This document shows, piece by piece, positions 9,393 through 18,638 of a DNA stretch of 52,255 bases. Source of the DNA: an uncultured bacterium (GTDB lineage: Bacteria; Hydrothermota; Tepidihabitantia; B3-TA06); the NCBI GenBank assembly GCA_964624585.1, contig CAZUXE010000005.1:30178-82432 (forward strand), in the 5' to 3' direction. The position numbers were made by a program, and so were the translations under genes. The notes under the pieces are model-generated. The model searched no databases, had not been told where the DNA came from, and saw only the letters and a program-made list of their open reading frames with translations. Within the stretch, counting starts at the first letter, position 1. Every line of letters starts with the position of its first letter.

Positions 9393-12300
9393 ATGCCGAA
9401 ACAAAATTTTGTCCACCTACACCTTCATACCGAATACAGCCTGCTCGACGGCTCAATTAGAATTAAGGACTTGGCAAAACAAGCCCGAAAATTTAAGATG
9501 CCGGCTGTAGCAATGACCGATCACGGCAATATGTTCGGAGTTGTCCCATTTTACAAAGCCATGCAAAAGGAAGGAATAAAACCCATTATCGGGATAGAAA
9601 CCTATCTTACCGCAGGCAGTATCAAAGATAGGGAAAGCGCTCCCAATTCAGGAAAAAATTATCATCTCACACTACTTGCCTCAAATAATACCGGATACAA
9701 AAATTTGCTAAAACTTTCTTCAATAGCTTATCTGGAAGGCTTCTATTACAAGCCAAGGATAGATAAAGAAACTCTGGCCAAACACAGCGAAGGAATAATT
9801 GCCTTGTCAGGATGCTGGTCAGGGGAAGTATCATCCGCATTAATGCAAGGGGACATTGAAGGAGCGCGTAAGATATTGGAAAGCTATTTAGATATCTTCG
9901 GAACCGACAGGTTTTATCTTGAAGTACAGAATCTGGAACTACCAGAAACCAAGGCTATGATGGAGAAAACCATTGCTCTGGGAAAAGATATGGGTGTTGA
10001 ACTTGTGGCTACAAATGACTGTCATTTCTTGAAACGAGACCACGCAGACGCCCATGATGTGCTTTTAGCAATTCAAACAGGGAAAAAGGTAACCGAAGAG
10101 GACAGAATGCGTTTTGGCTCCAATGAGATGTACTTTAAGTCGCCTGAGGAAATGGCTGAAGCGTTTAAGGATTTACCCGACGCTTTGGAAAACACTGTAA
10201 AGATTGCCGAACGCTGTATGATTTCCCTTGATATTGACACCCGAAACTTCAAACTACCACGCTATCCTATACCTGAAGAATTTAACTCTTCGATGACTTA
10301 TCTAAAGGAACTTGCCTATTCAGGCTGCAAAAAGAAATGTTCTACAGATAACGAGCGCTACCTTAAGCGTCTTGAACACGAATTGGGAATTATTGAAAAA
10401 ATGGGCTTTGCAGGATACTTCCTTATCGTTAAAGATATCGTTGATTACGCAAAGCGCAATGGAATATCGGTAGGCCCTGGGCGCGGCTCCGCCGTGGGAA
10501 GCCTGGTTCTTTATTCACTAGGTATAACAGAACTTGATCCTTTGAAATACAACCTTATTTTTGAACGCTTTCTAAATCCAGACAGAATAACCCTACCTGA
10601 TATTGATATAGACTTTGCAGATGAGGAACGCGGCAAGGTTATAGACTACATACATGAACGATACGGCAAACAAAATGTCGCACGAATAATTACCTTTGAT
10701 ACAATGAAAGCCAAGGCAGCTGTCAGAGATGTTGGTAGGGCGCTGGATATTCCTTATGGAGAGGTAGATAAACTGGCTAAACTTATACCATTCAACGCCG
10801 ATCTTCAATCAGCCCGCGCCACTCAACAGGAATTGAGCGCTTTGATTTCGCAGGATGAACGATACGAACGTTTGTTCGACGTAGCGGAAAAACTTGAAGG
10901 TATTTCACGTCATGCTTCAATCCACGCTTCAGGAGTTGTACTAACACCTGAACCACTAACTGAGTTTGTCCCCCTCTACAAAGCCACTGACGATAGCGTA
11001 AGCACTCAGTTTGATATGAAGGCTGTAGATTCCATCGGCTTGCTAAAACTTGATATTTTAGGATTAAGGACGCTGTCTGTAATAAAGATGAGCGAAAATT
11101 TAATCAATCGCGAAGGGAATAAGGTTGATACCCAAAATCTGCCCTTAAATGATGACAAAACATTCAGCCTTCTTCAACGCGCCGACACAGCTGGTGTATT
11201 CCAACTTGAAAGCAGAGGAATGCGGGAAATTCTAAGAAAGTTGAAACCAACAGAGCTTGAAGATATTATAGCGGTAATCGCAATATATAGACCAGGACCT
11301 CTTGCTAACATGAATCTGGACGAATTCTTCAAGCGAAAAAATGGTGAAAGTGAAATAGAATACCTGCATCCCAGTCTTGAAAAGGTACTTGCCCCAACCC
11401 ATGGAATGCTCATCTATCAGGAACAAGTAATGCAGATAGCCAGAGTAATAGCTGGTTTTTCATACGTACAAGCCGACCATCTTCGTCGCGCTATGGGAAA
11501 AAAAATCCCCGAACTTATGGCCGAAATGAAGCAGCAGTTTTTTTCAGGAGCAAGCCAACAGGGTATTGACAAAAAAACTACTCAAGCTATATACGACTTA
11601 ATTGAACCATTTTCAGGCTACGGTTTCAACAAATCTCACTCCGCAGGTTACGGCCTTGTATCCTACACCACTGCCTACCTAAAGGCCAACTACCCACTTG
11701 AATTCTTTACAGCACTTTTAACCAACGAAATGGGACATTCAGAAACTAAAATGGCGCAATTCATCAACAATGCTGTCAACAGCGGAGTAAAGGTGCTTCC
11801 TCCAGATATAAACAAAAGCGCCTACGCCTTTAAGATTGAAAATGGCGCAATACGATTCGGTCTTGGAGCCATAAAGAACGTAGGCAGAGGGGCGGCGGAG
11901 TTGGTTGAAAAGGAAAACTCCATTCAACCTTTTAGCGACATGAGGGATTTTCTGCTACGAACGAAGGGGAGCGTCAACCGCAAATGCGCGGAGTTCCTTA
12001 CCAAAGCCGGATGTTTTGATTCCATTGATCCTGATAGAGACTTGCTTCTTGGAAAACTTCCTGATGAAATTACAAGGCTTTCCAACAAACGCGGACTCCT
12101 TTTAGAAAAACAACAAGGTCTATTCGGCGGTGAAGAGGCTGTTAATGTGAAATCCACGCGCCGCCCGAAAAGAAGCTTTAAGCCAAAAGATTTTCTGCAT
12201 TACGAAAAGGACGCATTCGGATTCTACTTTTCAGGTCATCCGCTTGAAAAATACAAAGAAATTTATAACGCCTTCGGACTTCTCAAAATAGAAGATATTA

Positions 12301-12827
12301 CAGAAAAACACGATGGAAAAACTATTTCTGTCGGAGGAGCCGTAATTGCCAGTAAAACAAAACGAGACAAAAAGGGACGCGATTACGCTATTATTACCTT
12401 GAGAGATTTTTCAGATGAAATTGATGTTTTTGTGTTTTCACAATTGTATGAAGAACATCGAACTGTTCTAAAATCGGATGAACCTATTATCGTAAAAGGT
12501 CGTGCGCTGGTTGAAGAAGGGAATCCACGTCCTAAATTGTTTAGCGAAGAAATTCTGCCGTTTAATGTAGTCCGAGCCAGACTGCATTCTGTTATTGTTG
12601 ACGTTGACAAAGAACGTGTAACCAGAGATCAATTGATTGCCATAAAAAAATTAACCGATAGTTACCCTGGAAGATGCGCTTTTATAATTAATCTGAAGGG
12701 AAACAATGGCAGCGACCGAACCAGAATTCGTAGTCAAGAAATAAAGGTTAGCCCCTCTTCAGAATTACTGGAAGCTCTACGCAACACTACAGGAGTACTA
12801 AGGGTTCGTCTTCACGGAAAACTATAG
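9393..12827 (+). CDS. dnaE: DNA polymerase III alpha subunit
   Basis: PHP domain (HLHLHTEYSLLDG, TDHGNMFG), GPGRGSAVGS, PDIDIDF, YGFNKSHS, C-terminal OB fold; no intein. Confidence 0.98.
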   Translation: MPKQNFVHLHLHTEYSLLDGSIRIKDLAKQARKFKMPAVAMTDHGNMFGVVPFYKAMQKEGIKPIIGIETYLTAGSIKDRESAPNSGKNYHLTLLASNNTGYKNLLKLSSIAYLEGFYYKPRIDKETLAKHSEGIIALSGCWSGEVSSALMQGDIEGARKILESYLDIFGTDRFYLEVQNLELPETKAMMEKTIALGKDMGVELVATNDCHFLKRDHADAHDVLLAIQTGKKVTEEDRMRFGSNEMYFKSPEEMAEAFKDLPDALENTVKIAERCMISLDIDTRNFKLPRYPIPEEFNSSMTYLKELAYSGCKKKCSTDNERYLKRLEHELGIIEKMGFAGYFLIVKDIVDYAKRNGISVGPGRGSAVGSLVLYSLGITELDPLKYNLIFERFLNPDRITLPDIDIDFADEERGKVIDYIHERYGKQNVARIITFDTMKAKAAVRDVGRALDIPYGEVDKLAKLIPFNADLQSARATQQELSALISQDERYERLFDVAEKLEGISRHASIHASGVVLTPEPLTEFVPLYKATDDSVSTQFDMKAVDSIGLLKLDILGLRTLSVIKMSENLINREGNKVDTQNLPLNDDKTFSLLQRADTAGVFQLESRGMREILRKLKPTELEDIIAVIAIYRPGPLANMNLDEFFKRKNGESEIEYLHPSLEKVLAPTHGMLIYQEQVMQIARVIAGFSYVQADHLRRAMGKKIPELMAEMKQQFFSGASQQGIDKKTTQAIYDLIEPFSGYGFNKSHSAGYGLVSYTTAYLKANYPLEFFTALLTNEMGHSETKMAQFINNAVNSGVKVLPPDINKSAYAFKIENGAIRFGLGAIKNVGRGAAELVEKENSIQPFSDMRDFLLRTKGSVNRKCAEFLTKAGCFDSIDPDRDLLLGKLPDEITRLSNKRGLLLEKQQGLFGGEEAVNVKSTRRPKRSFKPKDFLHYEKDAFGFYFSGHPLEKYKEIYNAFGLLKIEDITEKHDGKTISVGGAVIASKTKRDKKGRDYAIITLRDFSDEIDVFVFSQLYEEHRTVLKSDEPIIVKGRALVEEGNPRPKLFSEEILPFNVVRARLHSVIVDVDKERVTRDQLIAIKKLTDSYPGRCAFIINLKGNNGSDRTRIRSQEIKVSPSSELLEALRNTTGVLRVRLHGKL

Positions 12828-13049
12828 CAGCGCTATTCTGGAAATAAATTAGATAATCGACAGGCCATATTATTTGAGGATAGGCAGTCACTAAGATTCC
12901 AAACATTGATGGAGATTGACGGGAAGCTACACTACAGACATCCATATTATCTGAGTGCATACAGTGTTTTTAATAAGTGCAGAATACTGAGATATCTTTC
13001 TGGTATCCAGCGCATTGCTTTTTGAAAATTGATAGTTGTATGGAAAAAG

Positions 13050-13138
13050 CGGAGAGGGTGGGATTCGAACCCACGACCCGTGTTACCGGGTACACGATTT
13101 CCAATCGTGCTCCTTAGGCCGGACTCGGACACCTCTCC
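13050..13138 (-). tRNA. tRNA-Ser (anticodon GGA), long variable arm
   Basis: GGAGAGG...CACGA-TTGGAAA-TCGTG, variable arm CCCGGTAACACGGG, GGTTCGAATCC, CCTCTCC-G. Confidence 0.97.
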
Positions 13139-13151
13139 GGCGTGAACTTGA

Positions 13152-13179
13152 AGTATATTTAGAATGTAGAATTCGTCAA
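13152..13179 (-). promoter_or_regulatory. Promoter for tRNA-Ser
   Basis: TTGACG-N16-TATACT; back-to-back with the pcm promoter. Confidence 0.65.
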
Positions 13180-13209
13180 CTGCAATCGACTTTATTCAAT
13201 TTCTGTAAC

Positions 13210-13238
13210 TTGATTACAGAAGGCTTCACCGATATAAT
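13210..13238 (+). promoter_or_regulatory. Promoter for pcm (leaderless geometry)
   Basis: TTGATT-N17-TATAAT, 6 nt to the ATG at 13245. Confidence 0.65.
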
Positions 13239-13244
13239 AGGGAT

Positions 13245-13865
13245 ATGGAAAGCTATACACGCTTATCGGAAAAACTTGTTCACATATTAATGGCTAAAGG
13301 AATTAAAGACCAAACTCTACTAAACGCTTTTCGCATAATTCCACGCCACATTTTTGTCCCTTCCGGCCTGGAACACAAAGCATATAACGATACAGCTCTT
13401 CCAATTGGTGGTGGGCAAACCATTTCAGCGCCATCAACGGTTGCATCCATGCTTCAGGCACTTAAACTAACTGTCAACGACAAGGTGTTGGAGATAGGGA
13501 CAGGTTCAGGTTTCCAAACCGCATTGTTGAGCAAAATTGCAGGAAAAGTGTACTCTATCGAAAGGGAACTAAATTTGGCCAAAATTGCCAAGGAAAGACT
13601 CATTAAAGCAGGTTGCGGATATATTCAATTACGCTCAGGTGATGGAATGCTTGGCTGGTCAGAACACGCCCCGTACGATGCCATCATCGTAAGCGCAGGA
13701 ACCGATACAATCCCGAAAAATCTGATTGAGCAATTGAAAATTGGAGGCAGAATGGTAATTCCTCTCAAGCAAAAAGTCTCTTTATTGACCCGCGGGAAAA
13801 ACGGCTTAAGAACGCGGCTCTTAAGCAAATGCCAATTCGTACCGCTCGTACCTGGCCACACCTGA
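13245..13865 (+). CDS. pcm: Protein-L-isoaspartate O-methyltransferase
   Basis: IPRHIFVP, ALPIGGGQTISAP, VLEIGTGSGFQTA, GDGMLGWSEHAPYDAIIV. Confidence 0.95.
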   Translation: MESYTRLSEKLVHILMAKGIKDQTLLNAFRIIPRHIFVPSGLEHKAYNDTALPIGGGQTISAPSTVASMLQALKLTVNDKVLEIGTGSGFQTALLSKIAGKVYSIERELNLAKIAKERLIKAGCGYIQLRSGDGMLGWSEHAPYDAIIVSAGTDTIPKNLIEQLKIGGRMVIPLKQKVSLLTRGKNGLRTRLLSKCQFVPLVPGHT

Positions 13866-13938
13866 CATTAAATCACTAACTCACTTTTACACTAACCCAT
13901 TCCAGACTCTCGTACTAACAAACCAAAGTACTTTTACA

Positions 13939-13967
13939 TTGACAATAACAGTCGTGGAGGCTATAAT
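13939..13967 (+). promoter_or_regulatory. Consensus promoter for the tRNA-Pro-hpt-ade operon
   Basis: TTGACA-N17-TATAAT, 9 nt before the tRNA. Confidence 0.8.
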
Positions 13968-13976
13968 TATTATCTA

Positions 13977-14051
13977 CGGGGCGTAGCGCAGCATGGATAG
14001 CGCGCTTGGTTCGGGACCAAGAGGTCGGTGGTTCAAATCCACTCGCCCCGA
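13977..14051 (+). tRNA. tRNA-Pro (anticodon CGG)
   Basis: CGGGGCG...CTTGG-TTCGGGA-CCAAG...GGTTCAAATCC...CGCCCCG-A. Confidence 0.97.
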
Positions 14052-14058
14052 TTTTCAA

Positions 14059-14586
14059 ATGGATACTAACCCAACAATAATCCCGTTATTTTCGGCGGAT
14101 GTAATTGCTCGCAGGGTAGAGGAATTAGGCGTGGAGATTGCAGAAGATTACGCAGGGAAAAACCCACTCTTAGTAGGTGTACTCAAAGGAGCCTGGGTCT
14201 TCATGGCTGATCTTTCACGAGCAATAACTATCCCACACCAATGCGATTTTATTCAGGTTTCAAGCTACGGCTCAGGTACCGAATCCACAGGAGAAGTACG
14301 ATTTCTAACGGATATATCAACTCCAATTGCAAAAAGACATGTGATTCTTGTTGAAGATATAGTTGATACCGGACTCACATTATCCAATCTTGTAAATAGA
14401 TTGAAAGAGCGCAACCCTGCATCAGTAGCCATATGCTCTCTTTTAGATAAACCGGAACGCCGCAAAACCTCAGTTCATATAGATTATTTGGGATTTGTCA
14501 TTCCTAATAAATTCGTTATAGGCTATGGCGTAGACTGGGATGAAAAGTTCAGACATCTCCCCTACATTGGATACCTTGAATTCTAA
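14059..14586 (+). CDS. hpt: Hypoxanthine phosphoribosyltransferase
   Basis: VGVLKGAWVF, VSSYG, VILVEDIVDTGLT, FVIGYGVDWDEKFRHLPYIG. The track start at 13993 lies inside the tRNA, so ATG 14059 is used. Confidence 0.96.
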   Translation: MDTNPTIIPLFSADVIARRVEELGVEIAEDYAGKNPLLVGVLKGAWVFMADLSRAITIPHQCDFIQVSSYGSGTESTGEVRFLTDISTPIAKRHVILVEDIVDTGLTLSNLVNRLKERNPASVAICSLLDKPERRKTSVHIDYLGFVIPNKFVIGYGVDWDEKFRHLPYIGYLEF

Positions 14587-16255
14587 GCGTCGCGCAATGC
14601 GAGTTGCTCTGGGCAAGGAACCGGCTGATCTGCTGTTAAGGAACGGACGGGTTCTGAATGTCTTTACCGGCAGATGGGAATTGAAGGATGTGGCAATAAA
14701 AGACGGCCTGGTTGCCGCGCTGGGCAACAATATCGCAGCTAGGAAAAGTTTTGACGCACAAGAAGCTTTGCTGGTTCCAGGATTCATTGACGCCCACATC
14801 CACCTTGAAAGTACACACCTATGGCTACCTGAAATATCCCGACTCATGCTTACCCATGGCGTAACCACCGTTATTACAGACCCTCATGAAATGGCTAATG
14901 TTGCCGGAATTGAAGGCGTGCGAGAAATGCTTAAGGCTTCGCGTCATGTAAACTTGGATATCTTCTTCAAAGTTCCTTCTTGCGTTCCTGCTTCTGAATT
15001 TGAAGAATCGGGCGCAAGACTTGACGTAAATGAAATAAAAGAACTACTTGCTAAGCCAGAAGTAATCGGACTAGCTGAAGTAATGAACTTCCCAGGTGTT
15101 CTTACTGAGAATGTGAGGATATGGGAAAAACTTGGATTATCAACTAATATAGATGGACATTTCCCAGGAGGGAAAGGCCAACATCTGCAAGCCTACGTTG
15201 CAGCAGGCATTGATAATGACCATGAAACCAGCGATGTTACAGAAGCCTTAGAAAAGATAAAAACAGGCATGTGGCTCTTTATAAGAGAAGGTTCGGCCGC
15301 AAGAAATCTTGATACTCTGCTTGACGCAGTTGACAACTATACTTTTAGGCGCGCCTGTTTTTGCACAGATGATTTGTCGGCTCAGGAGCTACTTGAACAC
15401 GGCTCCATGGATTATATCGTAAGGCAAGCTGTAACAGGCGGACTGGCTTTAGAGCAGGCATTGATAATGGCTTCATGGAACGCTGCCCAGGCGCACGGCC
15501 TGCACAGACTCGGCGCAATAGCTCCAGGATACTTCGCAGACATCGCCCTTCTTACTCCCGAATCTCTTACTGTAAAAAATGTATTTAAGAAAGGTAAACT
15601 TATTTCACCTACTTCAGAGCATTCTCAACCAGTTCCTGATTTTTTCAAAAACAGCGTAAAGCTACCTCAACTTGATATATCTGATTTCCAGATACCTTAC
15701 AAAAAGCAGCTTCGTGCCATAGGGATAATGGATGGTGAAATATTAACCACAGAAGAGTATGCAAACCCTGTTTGTAGAAATGGTTTTGCCGAATCGAAAC
15801 CGCAGGAAGACCTTCTTAAGGCTGCTGTTATTGAACGTCATGGAAAATCAGGCAACATTGGTTTGGGTTTCGTTAAAGGCCTTGGCATCAAGAACGGAGC
15901 TATGGCTTCCACTTTAGCGCATGACGCTCACAATTTAATTGTAGTTGGAACCACAGATTCCGATATGCTTTTTGCTACCCTGAAGTTAGCGGAAATTGGG
16001 GGCGGACAGATACTTGTAAGTGACGGAAAGATTATTAGCTCTCTGCCACTGCCTATAGTGGGCTTAATGTCTGAAACAAACGCTGAAGAGGTAGCAAAAA
16101 AAGCTAGGACTCTTAAACTTAAAACTCAGGAAATAGGCTCAAAATTAAAAGATCCATATGCCACTCTTTCATTTCTAGCCCTATCGGTTATTCCAAAACT
16201 AAGACTAACAACACACGGACTTCTGGATGTAGATCTATGGAAAATAATCAACTAA
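14567..16255 (+). CDS. ade: Adenine deaminase (amidohydrolase family)
   Basis: PGFIDAHIHLES, DPHEMANVAG, GLAEVMNFPGV, DGH, FIREGSAARNL, AHDAHNL. Start uncertain (14540, 14567 or 14597). Confidence 0.93.
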   Translation: MDTLNSKRRAMRVALGKEPADLLLRNGRVLNVFTGRWELKDVAIKDGLVAALGNNIAARKSFDAQEALLVPGFIDAHIHLESTHLWLPEISRLMLTHGVTTVITDPHEMANVAGIEGVREMLKASRHVNLDIFFKVPSCVPASEFEESGARLDVNEIKELLAKPEVIGLAEVMNFPGVLTENVRIWEKLGLSTNIDGHFPGGKGQHLQAYVAAGIDNDHETSDVTEALEKIKTGMWLFIREGSAARNLDTLLDAVDNYTFRRACFCTDDLSAQELLEHGSMDYIVRQAVTGGLALEQALIMASWNAAQAHGLHRLGAIAPGYFADIALLTPESLTVKNVFKKGKLISPTSEHSQPVPDFFKNSVKLPQLDISDFQIPYKKQLRAIGIMDGEILTTEEYANPVCRNGFAESKPQEDLLKAAVIERHGKSGNIGLGFVKGLGIKNGAMASTLAHDAHNLIVVGTTDSDMLFATLKLAEIGGGQILVSDGKIISSLPLPIVGLMSETNAEEVAKKARTLKLKTQEIGSKLKDPYATLSFLALSVIPKLRLTTHGLLDVDLWKIIN

Positions 16256-16286
16256 GCTACTTTTCAAACGGCAATTGGGTGAAAGA

Positions 16287-16751
16287 ATGAAAACCTGCAG
16301 GCATATTCAGCTAGGTGTAATAGGTGGACGTTACTGTTCAAAAAGCTCAGCAGTAATTGCAGAGGAACTAGGGCGGCTAATTGCAAATGAAGGTTGGACT
16401 TTAGTATGCGGCGGACGCGGCGGCGTGATGGAAGCTGCATGCAAAGGAGCAGTTGAAGCAGGCGGCATAACCATAGGCATACTTCCCGACTCAACAGGCC
16501 TTAAGGCCAATCCTTATTTAACCCATATCATCAAAACCGGAATGGGTGAAGGGCGCAACCTCATCATTGTTCATTCAGCAGACGCTCTAATAGCGGTAGA
16601 TGGCAAATACGGCACCTTGTCTGAAATAGCTCTGGCGCTGGCACGCAAGAAAATGGTTATCACTATAAACTCATGGAACATTTCAGGCACAATAGCTGTT
16701 GGCGATGCACAGGAAGCCATTATAAAGATAAAGGAAGCTCTGGATGTCTAA
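16287..16751 (+). CDS. TIGR00725 family protein (LOG/Rossmann-fold nucleotide-binding)
   Basis: GGRGGVMEAACKGA, TGMGEGRNLIIVHS, GKYGTLSEIALAL. Confidence 0.9.
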   Translation: MKTCRHIQLGVIGGRYCSKSSAVIAEELGRLIANEGWTLVCGGRGGVMEAACKGAVEAGGITIGILPDSTGLKANPYLTHIIKTGMGEGRNLIIVHSADALIAVDGKYGTLSEIALALARKKMVITINSWNISGTIAVGDAQEAIIKIKEALDV

Positions 16752-17031
16752 CACAAGACTAGAAGTAATACTCAAGGGACGGGTGCAAGGTGTAGGATTC
16801 CGATTCTTTACAATGAGACTTGCATGTCGCTATAAATTAACAGGTCAAGTTCGCAACACTGGAATAGACAAAGTGGAGGTTATTGCAGAAGGCCCGGAAA
16901 ACATTCTTAAGGCCTTTCTTAAGGAATTGAGCCTTGGCCCATCATCTGCCAGAGTAAACGAGGTTAAATCTGATTGGAACAACGCAACAGGTGAATTCGA
17001 TAAATTCCAAATAACATATGAAGAAAGATAG
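16744..17031 (+). CDS. acyP: Acylphosphatase
   Basis: GRVQGVGFRFF, GQVRN, VEVIAEG, LGPSSARV. Confidence 0.95.
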   Translation: MSNTRLEVILKGRVQGVGFRFFTMRLACRYKLTGQVRNTGIDKVEVIAEGPENILKAFLKELSLGPSSARVNEVKSDWNNATGEFDKFQITYEER

Positions 17032-17162
17032 ACTTATACAGAAGGAGAGCGAGCGTACTTGGCGGTGGAGTAGCCGGTTTAGCATTGAAAGGATATACTT
17101 ATATGGAAGGAAAGCAGAAAGGCTACTACTATAATGAACGCAAAACTAAGGATGTAGCATGA
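17022..17162 (+). pseudogene. Possible remnant of an FAD/NAD-dependent oxidoreductase N-terminus
   Basis: Short frame reads RRRASVLGGGVAGLALKG..., with no good start; its TGA overlaps the next ATG (ATGA). Confidence 0.3.
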
Positions 17163-17977
17163 AAATTAACATCGTCTACTTTACTTCTACCGGCAATACT
17201 CTTTGGCTTTCAGAAAAGGCCAAAGGGTTCTTTGAACAAGCCGGTCATCAAGTCCAATTGTTTGAAGTCGTCAAAACCGGCGACAGTTTCCTTAAAACCA
17301 GCGATATGGTAGGTATTTTCTACCCTGTTTGGGCATCCAACCTACCTAATCCTTTACGCGATATGCTAAATACGCTTGAGGACGGTTCTCAGAAAGGGAA
17401 AAAAATGTTCCTCATAGGCAATTGCGCTATGTTTACAGGCGATACCGGAATGTACTGGAAACGAATTCTTGAACGTAAAGGCTTCAACGTGTTCTACATA
17501 AATCATCTAGTTATGCCAACAAACCTTAATGTCCCAAACTTTAATTTTCAGAAAGTGCCAGATGAAAAAAAGAAAACCAAGATTCTTAAGAAAGCTGAAC
17601 AAAAACTCAAGAAGATATGTGCAGACATTTTAGCCGATAAAAATAAAAAAGATGGAATAAGCCCACTAGGTAAATTTATGGGATGGGGACAAAGAAATTT
17701 TTATGAAAAAGGAACTGAGCCATGGAAAAATTTATTCTCCGTAAATAAAAAACGCTGCACCGGATGCCGCTTGTGTTACCGCATGTGTCCTGTTGGAAAC
17801 ATCAAAATGCAAGCCGACGCTAAACCTTCGTTTGGTTCTAAATGTATTTTGTGTGTAAAATGCTACAACTTATGCCCTGCGAACGCAATCCTTATTGGAG
17901 AAAAAAGTGAAGACTCACACAAGTACCGACGATACAAGGGGCCGTCTAAAAAGCTCAAACCAACTACCTACCGTTGA
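17159..17977 (+). CDS. EFR1-family ferredoxin (flavodoxin-like + 2x[4Fe-4S])
   Basis: YFTSTGNT flavodoxin loop; CTGCRLCYRMCP and CILCVKCYNLCP. Confidence 0.9.
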   Translation: MKINIVYFTSTGNTLWLSEKAKGFFEQAGHQVQLFEVVKTGDSFLKTSDMVGIFYPVWASNLPNPLRDMLNTLEDGSQKGKKMFLIGNCAMFTGDTGMYWKRILERKGFNVFYINHLVMPTNLNVPNFNFQKVPDEKKKTKILKKAEQKLKKICADILADKNKKDGISPLGKFMGWGQRNFYEKGTEPWKNLFSVNKKRCTGCRLCYRMCPVGNIKMQADAKPSFGSKCILCVKCYNLCPANAILIGEKSEDSHKYRRYKGPSKKLKPTTYR

Positions 17978-18055
17978 CGAAAGACCGAGATAGCTATAGA
18001 AATCAAGTTCACTAACTAGATTTGAAAAAAGACATAAGAGAGAGCGACTCAAAAT

Positions 18056-18093
18056 AGTAGTAAGGGGGACTCCAATGGAGTCCCCCTTCTGCT
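18056..18093. terminator. Strong inverted repeat between convergent genes; probable bidirectional terminator or stabiliser
   Basis: AAGGGGGACTCC-AAT-GGAGTCCCCCTT is a perfect 12-bp stem, extendable by AGTAG/CTGCT; only weak U-tails. Confidence 0.65.
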
Positions 18094-18136
18094 TAATTAA
18101 ATCCAAGAGATAGGCTAGGTGCTTAAATCATCCGCC

Positions 18137-18637
18137 TTATTCAATTCCAAGCTTACGCCGCGTTGCCGGAATCAGACCGCCTTGAGCAATGAGATCAAGG
18201 ATAAACTCCGGCAAAGGCTCAAATGATAACTCCTTACCTGTAGTATGATTAATAAGCTTTCCAGCTTCCAAATCAACTTCTACATCATCGCCTCCTGAAA
18301 CCTGTTTGCGTATGTCAGGAACAATAGCAATTGGCAGTCCCAAATTTATGGCGTTACGGTAGAATATACGTGCAAATGATTCTGCAATAACACAGCCAAT
18401 ACCAAAATATCGTATCGCGGTAGCCGCCTGTTCGCGTGAGGAACCGCATCCAAAATATTTTCCGGCAACTATAATATCGCCTGGTTTGGCTTGAGTACGA
18501 AAATTAGGATAAACCGTTTCAAAAAGATACTTCGGGGTTTCTTCTGCATCAGTTACCTTCATATAGCGTCCCGGGAATATAACGTCGGTATTTACGTCAT
18601 CCGGGAATATCCAGGCTTTTCCTCTAACAGATTTCAT
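18137..18637 (-). CDS. 3-isopropylmalate dehydratase small-subunit family (LeuD/HacB/DmdB-like)
   Basis: DDVNTDVIFPG, FGCGSSREQA, AESFARIFYRNAINLGLP; start at ATG 18637 with SD GGAGG. Confidence 0.9.
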   Translation of the reverse strand: MKSVRGKAWIFPDDVNTDVIFPGRYMKVTDAEETPKYLFETVYPNFRTQAKPGDIIVAGKYFGCGSSREQAATAIRYFGIGCVIAESFARIFYRNAINLGLPIAIVPDIRKQVSGGDDVEVDLEAGKLINHTTGKELSFEPLPEFILDLIAQGGLIPATRRKLGIE

Positions 18638-18638
18638 C

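Noticed and set aside
9393-12827. Intein in DnaE
   Set aside because: The length (1144 aa) is normal and the motifs are continuous.
12840-13049. Small ORFs between dnaE and tRNA-Ser (e.g. MEIDGKLHYRHP... at 12909 on plus)
   Set aside because: No SD or promoter support and no recognisable motif.
12947-13290. Track ORFs 12947-13132 (-) and 13036-13290 (+)
   Set aside because: They overlap tRNA-Ser and are translation artefacts.
13993-14058. N-terminal extension of hpt in the ORF track
   Set aside because: It lies within tRNA-Pro.
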